From NCBI GenBank assembly GCA_963782525.1, contig CAWAKC010000009.1, positions 1-64,000 on the forward strand: DNA of 64,000 bases, in the 5' to 3' direction. The notes under the pieces were generated by a model. It saw only the letters and a program-made list of their open reading frames with translations. It was not told the origin of the DNA and made no database searches. The translations under genes were made by a program, and so were the position numbers. Of this stretch, positions 32,551 through 43,100 are shown piece by piece. Within the stretch, counting starts at the first letter, position 1. Each line of letters opens with the position of its first letter. The DNA comes from Candidatus Bathyarchaeota archaeon. GTDB taxonomy: Archaea; Thermoproteota; Bathyarchaeia; Bathyarchaeales; Bathycorpusculaceae.

Positions 32551-33852
32551 ATGAACCGCACACATTTAATTGTCATAGTAATAGTTTCTTTGTTTTTAGC
32601 CTCATCTTTTTTTGCATTATCATCAGAAGCAAGAATTAACACTTCACGTTGGAATCCTTACCCAACATCACATCCCACCTCAACGCCGACTCCAACCGCA
32701 ACTCCTAAACCAACCTCCACACCAACCTCGACTCCAACCCCTTCAAGCGTTGCTGACCAAATTAATCAAGCCCTAAAATCTAACACCAACATAACCTTGC
32801 CGTCGGGAACTTACACTCTAACAAAAACTCTCTATCTATCGGGTTTAACAAACACTCAACTTCAAAGTTCAGGAACAACCATTTTAGTCGTCCCATCCGA
32901 CGTTGAAATAGTGGGCCTTTACGCATTTCAGTGTAGTGGACTTAAGATTTTTAACGTGACGCTGCAAGGAAGCAAAAACACACAATACAATACTGCCGAC
33001 ATAAACAATCAACATGGCATTTATCTTAATCAATGTACCAACAGCCAAGTAGAAAATGTCACTGTAGAAGACTTTGCCCACACCGGCATTGTAACTTACA
33101 TGAGTCAAAGCATAACTCTAAGGAATAACAAACTGCTAAACAATGGACTCCCTAACACTATCCAAGTTGGGTCAGGCATTGATTCAGATGAAGACTCGGC
33201 TATGACAGTTACGGGCAACTACATTTCTGGTTCATGGGACAACAACCTTTGGATTTCACGCACAAGCAACAGCCTAATCACTAACAACACCTTACTAAAA
33301 GCCGGACACGCCAATTTACGGGTTGGCGCAGTTTCTACTCTTGCAGACAACGCCCATAACAACACATTCAACAACAATGTTTTATCAGAAGGCAATCTTG
33401 AAGGAAACGATGGACAAGCAGGCTTAGCTAACCTCTACGTCACCTACGCAACTGGCAACGTTTTTAATGGAAACACAATAACAGGCGGCAAACTTGTAGG
33501 ATTAGCGTTCGACTCAGCAAACCAAAATACTGTGATTGGAGGCAACATAAGTTTTAATGCTGAAGGAGTAGATTTCAGAGGATCAAGTTCAGCCAACACG
33601 TTATCAAATGCTACAATCACACATAACACTCACAACGGCGTTAACCTTCTTGATTCAGCCGCATCAAACCAAATATTGTATAATCGCATCGTGGATAGTG
33701 GCGACTACGAAATCGTAGTTCAATCAAGCGGATCCGTAACAAACACCACAATCATAGGAAACACAGTATCATACCCAAACGTCACACATACAGGAACCAT
33801 AATCAACAACTCAGCATCCTCCACAATAAAGAACAACGTCGGTTACCCCTGA
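32551..33852 (+). CDS. Secreted right-handed beta-helix (pectate-lyase-like) protein with a Pro/Thr linker
   Basis: Signal peptide, PTSTPTPT linker, LPSGTY, repeated N-x-I-x-x-N turns. Confidence 0.8.
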   Translation: MNRTHLIVIVIVSLFLASSFFALSSEARINTSRWNPYPTSHPTSTPTPTATPKPTSTPTSTPTPSSVADQINQALKSNTNITLPSGTYTLTKTLYLSGLTNTQLQSSGTTILVVPSDVEIVGLYAFQCSGLKIFNVTLQGSKNTQYNTADINNQHGIYLNQCTNSQVENVTVEDFAHTGIVTYMSQSITLRNNKLLNNGLPNTIQVGSGIDSDEDSAMTVTGNYISGSWDNNLWISRTSNSLITNNTLLKAGHANLRVGAVSTLADNAHNNTFNNNVLSEGNLEGNDGQAGLANLYVTYATGNVFNGNTITGGKLVGLAFDSANQNTVIGGNISFNAEGVDFRGSSSANTLSNATITHNTHNGVNLLDSAASNQILYNRIVDSGDYEIVVQSSGSVTNTTIIGNTVSYPNVTHTGTIINNSASSTIKNNVGYP

Positions 33853-33883
33853 AAACTTCTTTTTCTTTGTTCCGAATTAATAA

Positions 33884-33957
33884 TTAGGTGTCTAATAATG
33901 GGCAGCTATTTAACGCCAAAACACAAACAACCATGAGTGGAGAATTATAATGGCACA
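33884..33957 (+). repeat. Repeat Y copy 8 (very degenerate)
   Basis: ttaggtg...cgccaa...gtggagaattataatggcaca between convergent genes. Confidence 0.4.
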
Positions 33958-33971
33958 TCGCTTTTGAGATC

Positions 33972-35288
33972 TCAGCAACACCTTCTCAGCAGTTTTGCAA
34001 TTCGAATCTTTTTCTTTGCATTTCTGCTTAAAGAGAGAGCTGTTTCAGCAAAGAACGGTAATGGATCAGATATTGCAAAGTTGTCATAATGAATGTTTTT
34101 TTCATAGAACTTAAGAAAACGAAAAATAGCAAACAATCGTTTAGATGATTAATTTTTTGGGAATGATTGTCCGTCTATAAATGTTGAGAATAAATTTTGC
34201 GTGTCACCGATCAACCAACGACACTTCACACCAATTTTATAGGTAAAAATTGGATCCAAACGCTCACCTTTGGCCAAGAGAAACATCAAGTATGGAAAAT
34301 CTACTCCACTTTCTATGGCAACCTTCATCGATCCCCAGAATCGAGCATTAATCTCCATGAGTTTAGGGGTTAAATCTTTCGAGTTAACCCTAAACTCTAC
34401 ATCAGCCACTCCATGCCAAAGGAGCCCCTTAAGTAAGCTGGAAGCATATTTTAGAAGCATAGGATTAAGGGGCACACTTTCTCGAAGGACACTTATGCCG
34501 CCTGTTAAAGGCATGGTTCTATGCTCCTTTATGGAACAAGCTGCAATAGGTTTTCCTCGGTCAAAAAGTAGAGGCACACTGATATTGTATCCCGAAACAT
34601 ATTCTTGAATCAAAGGTGCAGGAAAGATTTCATTGACTTTTGTGTAAACTGAGACCAACTCTGAGGGAGAGTTAACATAAGAAGGTCGGGAAAAGTTAGC
34701 CTTTCCGTTTTTTCCCCAAACAAAAGAATATCTAGGTTTGATAACGGCAGGATACTGAATCTTTGATGAAATAGCCTGAACTTCGGTTAAGTTAGAAGCG
34801 CGAAATGTCACCGGAGTCGGTATTCCTAAATTTTCTGCGAGCTCGAGAGTCCTCGATTTGTCACAGGCTATTTCAACAGATTCATGGCTTGGAAGCACAA
34901 GCTTCAGATGAGAAGCGAGTTGATTTCGGTTCTCTGAAATAGGTAAAAGAGATGTCTCACTCATTGGAAATACAGTGAGGTATTTTCCACCTCTAACAAT
35001 TCGAAATAAGTTGGCAATGAAAACTTCCAAATTATCGACTGGAGCGGAGCAGTAAACTCTCCCTGGACGCCAACGCGAAAACAATGATGGCGACAACAAA
35101 TTTTGAGTAGCTAAGGTAGTTGCAACATTTTTTCTTTCAAGACTCCCAACGACTGCTTGAGTATAAAAAACGTGAGGATCTGTTATCAAAACTCTATCTT
35201 GAAGATCGATTTTAGGCCTACGACTCAACTCTATGAATTTAGCCAAAAATACCTCAAATCCGCGTGTGATCGTTTCTACATCTTTCAA
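33972..35288 (-). pseudogene. ATP-grasp ligase with a probable premature TAA at 34149
   Basis: CDKSRT, YPAVIKP, IQEYVSG, MEINARFWGS; the frame continues to YDNFAISDPLPFF and TGA at 33972. Confidence 0.7.
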
Positions 35289-35393
35289 CCAGCTTCAAAA
35301 CAAGCTTGTATGCAATATTAAAGCAAAATGAAGCCAGGATTGTTAACCACAATTGAAGAAAACTAAGCTGAAGGAAAAATTGGGTGCAAGGTT

Positions 35394-36482
35394 TCATTTA
35401 CTACTAACCCAAATATCTCTTTTCAGCTTTCTCTGATAAAGATTTAAAATCTTATCTCTTACCAATCGTAGCGCATAGGGTTCTCCACAAAAATAGGTAA
35501 GTTCAACGGTCCCCATTGTATTGACATTAGTGTTGTTGTGAGTTCCTTTTACATAGCACGAACCTTCCCAGAGACCTTCCACTCTTTGTTCTCTCATAGT
35601 CGGCATAATGGTAAGCGCGATGTCATATTTGGGAATTGTAAGGTTCCAACCGGATGAAAAGTAGCGTTTAAAGAAAAGACCCCCCAAGAACAATTGCTTA
35701 ACGCTTCGATCTGGTTTCCACTCCAAAAAACCAAGGGGTTGCAACAAGAAATCTTTTTCACTGAAAAGGCTAGTAGAAGTCCCATCGGCAAACATTATAC
35801 TTAACGCGTAATTGATCCTGCGTTCAGTTTTGAAATCATAGAACAAATAAAGCATAATTTCGGTGTTATCGTCAAGTTGCAGAGCAAACCATTCCCAACC
35901 CGCGTAATTTCTTGTCCAATCTCCCCATTGGCGATCAATCCAAGCAATTCCATCGACAGACTCAACAACACCATTGTGAATGAAGGTTCCATTTAATGTT
36001 AGATTGGTTTGGGAATAATAATAGGAACTGCCGCCTATGCCCATCTTAATTAGTCCATCACCATGGACTAACGGCGACTTGGTAGCTGAAAGGTTGACAT
36101 CAAAAACATATTGGTCATCAATTTCGGAGTATAATTTGTAATTGAAGGGTTTGTCCGCCTGCTCTCGCCAATAATCGTGGTCTCCATCGGAGTTTGAATA
36201 AGCAATATTGAGTAGTCCTTTTTTTGATTCACAAGGCCCTCCTTTTAGCTGATTGAAATAGGTTTGGTTAGTTTCATCGGTTATGGATGTCTGGCGATTA
36301 TAATAAGCTGGGTTTAACCCAAGGTATGCAAGGGTATAACTAAATTTACGACCTGTTTTGGTCTTGAAATGAGAGGTTAGATACCACCAATCAGATAGTG
36401 TATCGTGGTCGCCTTCGTCTGTAGGAAAGACCAATTTTCCTTTTGAGTAAACATTTGAATTTGACATAGAGCCCAATTCCAA
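35394..36482 (-). CDS. CrtC/AttH lipocalin-like domain protein
   Basis: FPTDEGDH..DWWYL, SYYYSQT, AWIDRQWG, GWEWFALQLDD, WEG. Confidence 0.8.
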   Translation of the reverse strand: MELGSMSNSNVYSKGKLVFPTDEGDHDTLSDWWYLTSHFKTKTGRKFSYTLAYLGLNPAYYNRQTSITDETNQTYFNQLKGGPCESKKGLLNIAYSNSDGDHDYWREQADKPFNYKLYSEIDDQYVFDVNLSATKSPLVHGDGLIKMGIGGSSYYYSQTNLTLNGTFIHNGVVESVDGIAWIDRQWGDWTRNYAGWEWFALQLDDNTEIMLYLFYDFKTERRINYALSIMFADGTSTSLFSEKDFLLQPLGFLEWKPDRSVKQLFLGGLFFKRYFSSGWNLTIPKYDIALTIMPTMREQRVEGLWEGSCYVKGTHNNTNVNTMGTVELTYFCGEPYALRLVRDKILNLYQRKLKRDIWVSSK

Positions 36483-36560
36483 TTTTATTATAATAGTATT
36501 TTATATCACTTGCTACTTTCTCATGAAATGATAGAATCAGAAAATCTCTTGAAAATGGGC

Positions 36561-37400
36561 CTACGCGGGTTTACCTAGCAACTTCTTGAACTGGACACCC
36601 TTACCATAGTCACCAACGAAGCGAAGCATAATCAGCGAAAGAGCAATTGCTAAAGCAGTAGAGAAGTCTAGAACAAAGAATAGAAGCAGTAAGTAAACGA
36701 ACGATCCTACAACAAATACTGATAGAAGCTTTTGTCCGAAGTCGCCTCCAACGTGTCTAACCCAGGTGCGAGTTCCAGATTTTTCATCATTTTTGAAATC
36801 TGCAAGTTGATGACCCAGTTCATCTTGAAACCCAATCATGAATAACCAACCTGTAAAGAACAAGACGAAAAAGAGCGAAGGGGAAAGAGAGAGCCAGAAA
36901 AATATAAATGGAATTGACCGCATGCCAAGGTTCGCCACAATTATTGCCAGAATCCCTCGCTCTTTAAAACGGGTTGGTTTTAGTGAGTAGAGGTTGGCTA
37001 GTGCAATGCCTATTATGAAACCGACTGTTGCTAGCAAGTTACCAGAAAAGATAAGTATGGCAAGGGTGAAAAATGATAGGAGAATAAGGGTTAGGATAGT
37101 TTTTGCATTTGAAAATGAATGAATAGGTTTGTACTTTCCTTCTTTGATGTCTGCCTCTTTGTCGCCGACATCATTAACTACAAAGCTATAAGTTAAGAAA
37201 AGAGATACAGCTACCGTATAATATAGAACATAAGTTATGTTCAACTTTGCAAAGGGCAACACAAGTATAAGCATTAAAGCCGCCACTAAGTTCTCTTGCA
37301 GGATGGGGATCCAGTTTCTGAATCGTGTTAAACTTAACAGATCCGAAAAAGCGCGCTTGAGTCCACTTTCTTTATGATACATTAATACATCCTCTTCCAA
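36561..37400 (-). CDS. UbiA-family prenyltransferase
   Basis: NDVGDKEAD, YSLKPTRFKERG, HQLADFKNDEKSGTRT; multi-TM. Confidence 0.85.
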   Translation of the reverse strand: MEEDVLMYHKESGLKRAFSDLLSLTRFRNWIPILQENLVAALMLILVLPFAKLNITYVLYYTVAVSLFLTYSFVVNDVGDKEADIKEGKYKPIHSFSNAKTILTLILLSFFTLAILIFSGNLLATVGFIIGIALANLYSLKPTRFKERGILAIIVANLGMRSIPFIFFWLSLSPSLFFVLFFTGWLFMIGFQDELGHQLADFKNDEKSGTRTWVRHVGGDFGQKLLSVFVVGSFVYLLLLFFVLDFSTALAIALSLIMLRFVGDYGKGVQFKKLLGKPA

Positions 37401-37587
37401 TAAATTATTACAACAATATATTCCTTTTAGATTTCAAATTTTAATTTCAAAACCTCAAATCAACATACTTAATCCATCAAGCTCTTTTTGAATGAGTTTC
37501 CATTTTAATTCATGTCTAAACCAAAAAGTCTACCAAAAAAAACAAGACACCCTGAACATTACAACATATAGACATAAAGTTGAATTT

Positions 37588-38079
37588 TTAGGACTGGAGT
37601 TCTTTAAATTCAAGTCTCATAGCCACGGACGCCAAAATAATTGTAAGTACAAACAAACTAAGAGAAATGGTTTTTAGCTCTATGCCCAAAGGCGTATAAT
37701 TAAAGAATAAGCCGATAAAAGCCGTTAAAGCTATACTCAACGCAATACTCAACACAAATCTTTCGATTGGTTTTATGTTCTCATCGCTTTGGCCTTTAAT
37801 TCTTTTGTAAAAAAGCAACCTAATCAAAGCGTAGCCGGGCACAAATACCAAGAATATCAAGCCTATCGCAGAGAAAAAGTCGCCTATGGGGTACCAATTT
37901 ATCGGCATGTTAAACAAAATCAGAATGGAAACTATTGAGAAAGCTACAGTAGTTCGGTACCAGAGAGTTTTTCTTGAAAGAAGATAATCACGAAGCAGCA
38001 TTAGCCGAGGCCCATCTTTCTTCGCGAAATCAAGTTTTCCATCTTCTTCATGACCGAACGCACACATTGAATCTACCAC
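37588..38079 (-). CDS. DUF1616-type membrane protein
   Basis: FVPGY, ERFVLSIALS, NYTPLGI. Confidence 0.75.
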   Translation of the reverse strand: MVDSMCAFGHEEDGKLDFAKKDGPRLMLLRDYLLSRKTLWYRTTVAFSIVSILILFNMPINWYPIGDFFSAIGLIFLVFVPGYALIRLLFYKRIKGQSDENIKPIERFVLSIALSIALTAFIGLFFNYTPLGIELKTISLSLFVLTIILASVAMRLEFKELQS

Positions 38080-38103
38080 CTAGACAGCATTAATTCACTA
38101 AAG

Positions 38104-39417
38104 TTAATAACTCAATATTTGATCAGCACATTTCATTGCGCTTTGGATACACTCATCCATATTCATATACTTGAACTCTCCAAACCGACCCAACAAATTT
38201 AACCCTATCTCAGCAGCATAATCTTGGGCTATTGCCAAATTTTTCTTGTAATCCAAATCAGAAATGACGTAAGCATATTCAGATCGCGAGACTTCAGCAA
38301 AACAAACCTCAGATTTGTTAATAACCTGTAGCGTATGCAAATTCTCAATAACTTTTTCCTTTAATTCATCGTTTGACATATTCCATAAAGAACTATGCTT
38401 GTCGCAGGTTATTTCAGCAAGCACAGCAGATTTTCCTTTGGGGGCAACATTCGGGCTATAGTTTGATGGAAAACTTATTCGATGAGTTAAAATTTCTTTG
38501 TTTGGAATATAAAGCCAGGACAAATCATTCAACTTTTCCGAATCTAGTCCTATCATTACACAGATAAGCGAATTATACTTAAGATTGTCAACGGCAGCCT
38601 TCACATTTTTGGGTGCGTTTATAACACTGATTAGGTTTTGGACTGGTATTGTTGATACTATTTTATCAAACTGCTTCGCTTGCTTGCCATCAGATACAAA
38701 CCATTTTTTTGCTTTACTCAATTGTGTAATCTCAAAATTTGTAACAATGTGATCCTGTATTTTTTCCTCTAAAGCCTTGATAATTGCTTGAATTCCGCCA
38801 ACTCGTGGATAATAGAAGAAAAGTTGATGACGGTACCCTTCAGTTTCTATGCCTAAAGATGACTTGACAATATCCCCTATCGGAGGGTCAGGCACTCTTT
38901 CAACCCAATCAAGTCCCATTTGGTCAGGGGGAAATTTCCAAATCTTTTCGTTATATGGAATTAGGTATTTTTCAGATATGCCACTTCCAAAAGTGTAGTA
39001 AAACCATTGTTGAAGATTAACGGGTTTTTCGATTTCGCCTTTTTCTTTTTTAATCAAATTTTGAATAAAACTAAATAAACAATCAAAATTATCGCTCTTG
39101 GATAGATCTGAGAGGCCATTTTCGAACGGATATTTTACATAGCGACCATCATATAAGACCCTTGTTTCCCTGCGAGTCTGCACATTGTTGTTTTGGAGGA
39201 GATTTAGCATAAAATTCAAGGATTCTTCATTCCTTGAAAAAATTATATGCGAACCTGCGCAATCAAAAGTGTAACCCGCATCTTCACGGGTTCTCATCAA
39301 TCCACCGCATTCACAATTCTTTTCCAAAATTTCAAAATCTATGCCTTTTTGACTCAACAAGTAACCTAAAGTAAGACCTGATAAGCCTCCGCCAAGTATT
39401 CCTATTTTCATAATCAT
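38104..39417 (-). CDS. FAD-dependent oxidoreductase (UDP-galactopyranose mutase/HemY-like)
   Basis: GGGLSG, GGLMRT, GSHIIF, PYNEKIW, GRFGEFKYMNMD. Confidence 0.8.
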   Translation of the reverse strand: MIMKIGILGGGLSGLTLGYLLSQKGIDFEILEKNCECGGLMRTREDAGYTFDCAGSHIIFSRNEESLNFMLNLLQNNNVQTRRETRVLYDGRYVKYPFENGLSDLSKSDNFDCLFSFIQNLIKKEKGEIEKPVNLQQWFYYTFGSGISEKYLIPYNEKIWKFPPDQMGLDWVERVPDPPIGDIVKSSLGIETEGYRHQLFFYYPRVGGIQAIIKALEEKIQDHIVTNFEITQLSKAKKWFVSDGKQAKQFDKIVSTIPVQNLISVINAPKNVKAAVDNLKYNSLICVMIGLDSEKLNDLSWLYIPNKEILTHRISFPSNYSPNVAPKGKSAVLAEITCDKHSSLWNMSNDELKEKVIENLHTLQVINKSEVCFAEVSRSEYAYVISDLDYKKNLAIAQDYAAEIGLNLLGRFGEFKYMNMDECIQSAMKCADQILSY

Positions 39418-39539
39418 CCCTCATTTGATTTTAGAAATGTAGAGAACATAATATGTTATGGATTTGCCAAAGTTATTAGATGCTATCAAACAAATTTGAA
39501 ACTGAAAGATTTTTATCCACCCAACATTCCATATGCTTG

Positions 39540-41120
39540 CTAATTTCCTTTAGTGATTAACAAATTATTTGAAACCACAGTGGTCGTTGGTACATTGGTA
39601 ATTTCGTGTCCAATATCTATTCCGGATATTGCATAAATGACATTATTTGTCACTTGATTATAGTTGCAAACACCCCACGCTTGGCAATTAATGGCGCAAC
39701 CCCCATTATTGTCAAGAATGTTGGAGTCTATAACGTTGAAGTTTGATCCATCATGCAATCGGATGCCATCTTGCTCAGTAGAATTAACCATATTATTTGA
39801 AATTGTAATATTGGATGAATATTGCACGTCTATTCCAGTCAAAAGAGAATTCAAGACTTCATTATTACAAATCACAGAAAAAGTCGAATTATCAATAATT
39901 ATTCCCGAGGACTTTTCACCAGACACAGTGTTTCCATAACCAGTCGCATTTGAACTGGAGTAAAGATAAATGCCCGCGTAACCACCGTTGTTTTCCAAAT
40001 TATTTTCAGTTATGCTGTAATTTGATCCTGATTGAACAAAAATGCCTTCTAGGCCATTTTCTTTAGCGGAATTATTTTTAAAAGTAATGTAATTTGAACC
40101 AAAAGCTCCAAACCCCCTATTCACATTAAAAAGAGAAGTATTGTTACTTATGGCTATATTACTGGAGCCTTCAGTCACAAATATGCCATTATTGCCGTTT
40201 TCATAAACAATATTTTCGGAAACGGAAACATTTGAAGCTACATGGAAGAATATGCCATTGGCTCCTGCAGAACTATTCGAGCCAATGTTGAAAGAGCAAT
40301 AATTATTTTTGATAGTTGCATTGCTCAAAGCATTCACCCAAATACCGTTTACAAAATTGCCAGTGCTCGTGTTATTAGTTACGGTAAGATTGCTGGTTCC
40401 GTCGATATCGATTCCTGATCCTGAAGTTGGTTGATGGGCACCATTATTCATGGAGACAGAATTCTCAACGATTAAGTCATGACCCAAATAAGTATTGATT
40501 CCGGTATGCTCACATTCTTCGACCCAAACATTGCTAACCCTGGAATAGTTAGCTGAAGAAAAGTTTATTCCATGTTGGATTCCCCAATCAGCTGTATCTG
40601 TCATGTGGGCTTTGTTTCCGTTTATTTTTAGATTTTCAATTACAGTACCTATTCGATTTAAAATAAGAATCACATCTGTTAGAGTGTTGTCAGCGAGTTT
40701 AAGTTCTGTTGAGGACCCTTCACCTGTTAAAGTTATGTTATTTGACCACACAACGATTCTATTGGTTAATGTGTAGAGACCTCTTTGAACGAAAATCTTG
40801 CCCCCATGAGTAAGATTGCCGGTTGCAGCATTGAGAATCGCGGAGGCATTATTCGACAACCAAACAGTTTTTCCAGTAGCCATATTGACCATAAAATAGA
40901 ATGTGCCGTTGGTTGAAATTGTATAATTAGCGCCCAGGGATGGTTGAGAATTGCTAAACATGATACCAGAAAAGGGTATAGTTGCTTTAGCTGTTGCAGA
41001 ATTTGAAGACCCGAATGCAATCGGACTCGTTATGCTTGAGGCGATAAGAAGTAATAGTATGGAAACTCCGAAAGAAGAAACAAATGACCTACTAACAAAC
41101 CTAGGTTTTGAATTGGGCAT
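39540..41120 (-). CDS. Secreted right-handed beta-helix protein
   Basis: Signal peptide, GGKIFVQRGLY, LTGEG..T.LKL, repeated GI / N-x-I-x-x-N turns. Confidence 0.8.
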   Translation of the reverse strand: MPNSKPRFVSRSFVSSFGVSILLLLIASSITSPIAFGSSNSATAKATIPFSGIMFSNSQPSLGANYTISTNGTFYFMVNMATGKTVWLSNNASAILNAATGNLTHGGKIFVQRGLYTLTNRIVVWSNNITLTGEGSSTELKLADNTLTDVILILNRIGTVIENLKINGNKAHMTDTADWGIQHGINFSSANYSRVSNVWVEECEHTGINTYLGHDLIVENSVSMNNGAHQPTSGSGIDIDGTSNLTVTNNTSTGNFVNGIWVNALSNATIKNNYCSFNIGSNSSAGANGIFFHVASNVSVSENIVYENGNNGIFVTEGSSNIAISNNTSLFNVNRGFGAFGSNYITFKNNSAKENGLEGIFVQSGSNYSITENNLENNGGYAGIYLYSSSNATGYGNTVSGEKSSGIIIDNSTFSVICNNEVLNSLLTGIDVQYSSNITISNNMVNSTEQDGIRLHDGSNFNVIDSNILDNNGGCAINCQAWGVCNYNQVTNNVIYAISGIDIGHEITNVPTTTVVSNNLLITKGN

Positions 41121-41218
41121 CTCTTAATCCGCTAAAAATCTGAGAAGCCCACACACACCTAAATATATTACGACTTAATAAACAATATTGCCATCAAAAC
41201 AACAGACCAACAACAAAA

Positions 41219-43036
41219 CTACGGCAAAGCAAAATCATGCTTAAGAAAATTCACATCATACTCTCCATTGTCATAAATTCTGCTCAATCGCGACTCATTC
41301 GTACTATTATCCAAGTAATAATTATAGGCCGTTATATTATACCCAAGAAAACCGTTCTTATAAAATCCCTGACCATTAATATCAAATATCACATAGTTAA
41401 CGTTCGTAATTTCAGAATAAGGAAGAGGATAAAAATCATTGAAAGTGTAATGGTTCAACGAATAATTAGCACTTGAAAGCAGACGACCACCCAAAGTACC
41501 CACAGAGATATTCTTTGAATCTCCTAAGAACTGTGAAGTTGCAACAGCTTGATCATTAATTGTGAAAAAAGTTGACTGATACCAAGCTGTAGAGAAACCA
41601 AGTAAGCAAGTTACAATTATTAAGGGTACAACAACAAGCTTTAGATATTTTATAAAACGTAAATGCCCAATAGATGCAGAAATTCGCTGAATCCGAAAAG
41701 TCAACTTAGAACTCGACTTATCCATTCCTACCACATTTTTGGAACTACTCTGAAGGATACCCAGTTTTTCTAGAAGCAAAACTGACAGAATAGAAGAGGT
41801 GATCAAAAAGAAAGAAAGAAAACGGTCAAAAATTGAGGCCCCAAAAACGCCGTTTCTAAAAAGAACATCAGCTAAAGTGAGCAAAACCGGAGCTAAAATA
41901 AAAGCAACGTAAGTATAAAAATGCTTATCAGTTGAACGCCATTTCATTAACCACCCAAAGAACAAATAAGATAGCGACATTACGCCGAAAACAGCTAGAA
42001 CAAAAAATCTTATACGCTGAGGGTAAACCGTTACCTCAGCCGCGGTTTTATGTGTAAACTGTTGTGCAATGACACTTGGAATTGAAAGAATATTTTTGGA
42101 GCCGCCAATTATGCCGTTAACGATTTCTTGTTGATTTGAGGTTGCAAACAAAGTAAGCCAAGACAACCACATAATAACAAACAAGAATACGGGCGACTTG
42201 AATAAACCTGAAAATCTAATGGGCTTACCTGAAAAAACTGCAGTAACCAATCCGCGAACAACAAGAAAAGTTAAAACAATAACAAGAGTCGTTGGATGCG
42301 AAATAATTATGAAACCAAACAAAACAGTAGCAATTAACTTCCATTTGAAGCCAGACCGCTCCAAAGCCACAAGAACAAGAATCCCCATCACAAAGCCAAG
42401 CGATTCGGGAGAGAGATGCAATTGCAAGTAACTGTTAGCTAAAATGGCGAAGAGCAGGGCAAGACGATAATTTACTGATGACAAATAGGTCTTAAAAAAC
42501 AAGAAAAACGCAATAAAAGTAAGAGTTCCAGAGAACACGGGGTAAAAACGAATCAAAGGCATGATTTCAACATTTGAAGAAGAAATAGGACCAGCAAGAT
42601 TTAGCACCGGCCTAATAGTATCTAGCCAAATAGAAAACCCCGGATAATTTATAGGATAATCTCTGAAAAGCCCCGAAGGATCCGAATTAGCTAAGGGAAT
42701 GTGACCAGTAGTTGCAAGGGGACTAGATTCAAAGAAGTGAAGATAAGAATCCCAATGGTAGGGATTGCTAAGAAACATCGATGGGATGTTCCAAACTAAC
42801 AACCCTAAAAGTAAGGCTTTTACAAAGAAAAATCTGTCAGAATCAGACTTAAACGAAATCAAAATAGAAGCTATGCAAAACCCGATCCCAACAAAATATG
42901 CGATGGGAAGCATCTGCATTAAGCCAAATTGAAAATTTAGTGGAACATAATTTATGGAAGGTTTTATCGAAAGAAGACACAGACTAACTCCAAGAGCAAA
43001 ACAAATTAGTGAAATCTTCTCTGGTGATTTAGTCAT
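41219..43036 (-). CDS. Multi-pass GT-C/polymerase-like membrane protein
   Basis: WDSYLH, YPGF, SPESLGF, SHPTT, DRF, C-terminal RIYDNG. Confidence 0.6.
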   Translation of the reverse strand: MTKSPEKISLICFALGVSLCLLSIKPSINYVPLNFQFGLMQMLPIAYFVGIGFCIASILISFKSDSDRFFFVKALLLGLLVWNIPSMFLSNPYHWDSYLHFFESSPLATTGHIPLANSDPSGLFRDYPINYPGFSIWLDTIRPVLNLAGPISSSNVEIMPLIRFYPVFSGTLTFIAFFLFFKTYLSSVNYRLALLFAILANSYLQLHLSPESLGFVMGILVLVALERSGFKWKLIATVLFGFIIISHPTTLVIVLTFLVVRGLVTAVFSGKPIRFSGLFKSPVFLFVIMWLSWLTLFATSNQQEIVNGIIGGSKNILSIPSVIAQQFTHKTAAEVTVYPQRIRFFVLAVFGVMSLSYLFFGWLMKWRSTDKHFYTYVAFILAPVLLTLADVLFRNGVFGASIFDRFLSFFLITSSILSVLLLEKLGILQSSSKNVVGMDKSSSKLTFRIQRISASIGHLRFIKYLKLVVVPLIIVTCLLGFSTAWYQSTFFTINDQAVATSQFLGDSKNISVGTLGGRLLSSANYSLNHYTFNDFYPLPYSEITNVNYVIFDINGQGFYKNGFLGYNITAYNYYLDNSTNESRLSRIYDNGEYDVNFLKHDFALP

Positions 43037-43100
43037 ATCAGGTAGTCTTCTAATCTTCCACGCACCTCCTTAAAAACTGCTCTTGCAAACACCGCAATAT

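Noticed and set aside
32670-32745. Tandem-like DNA repeats
   Set aside because: They encode an ordinary Pro/Thr linker.
35394-37400. Carotenoid biosynthesis cluster
   Set aside because: No crtB or crtI in the window; UbiA and CrtC-like folds have wider roles.
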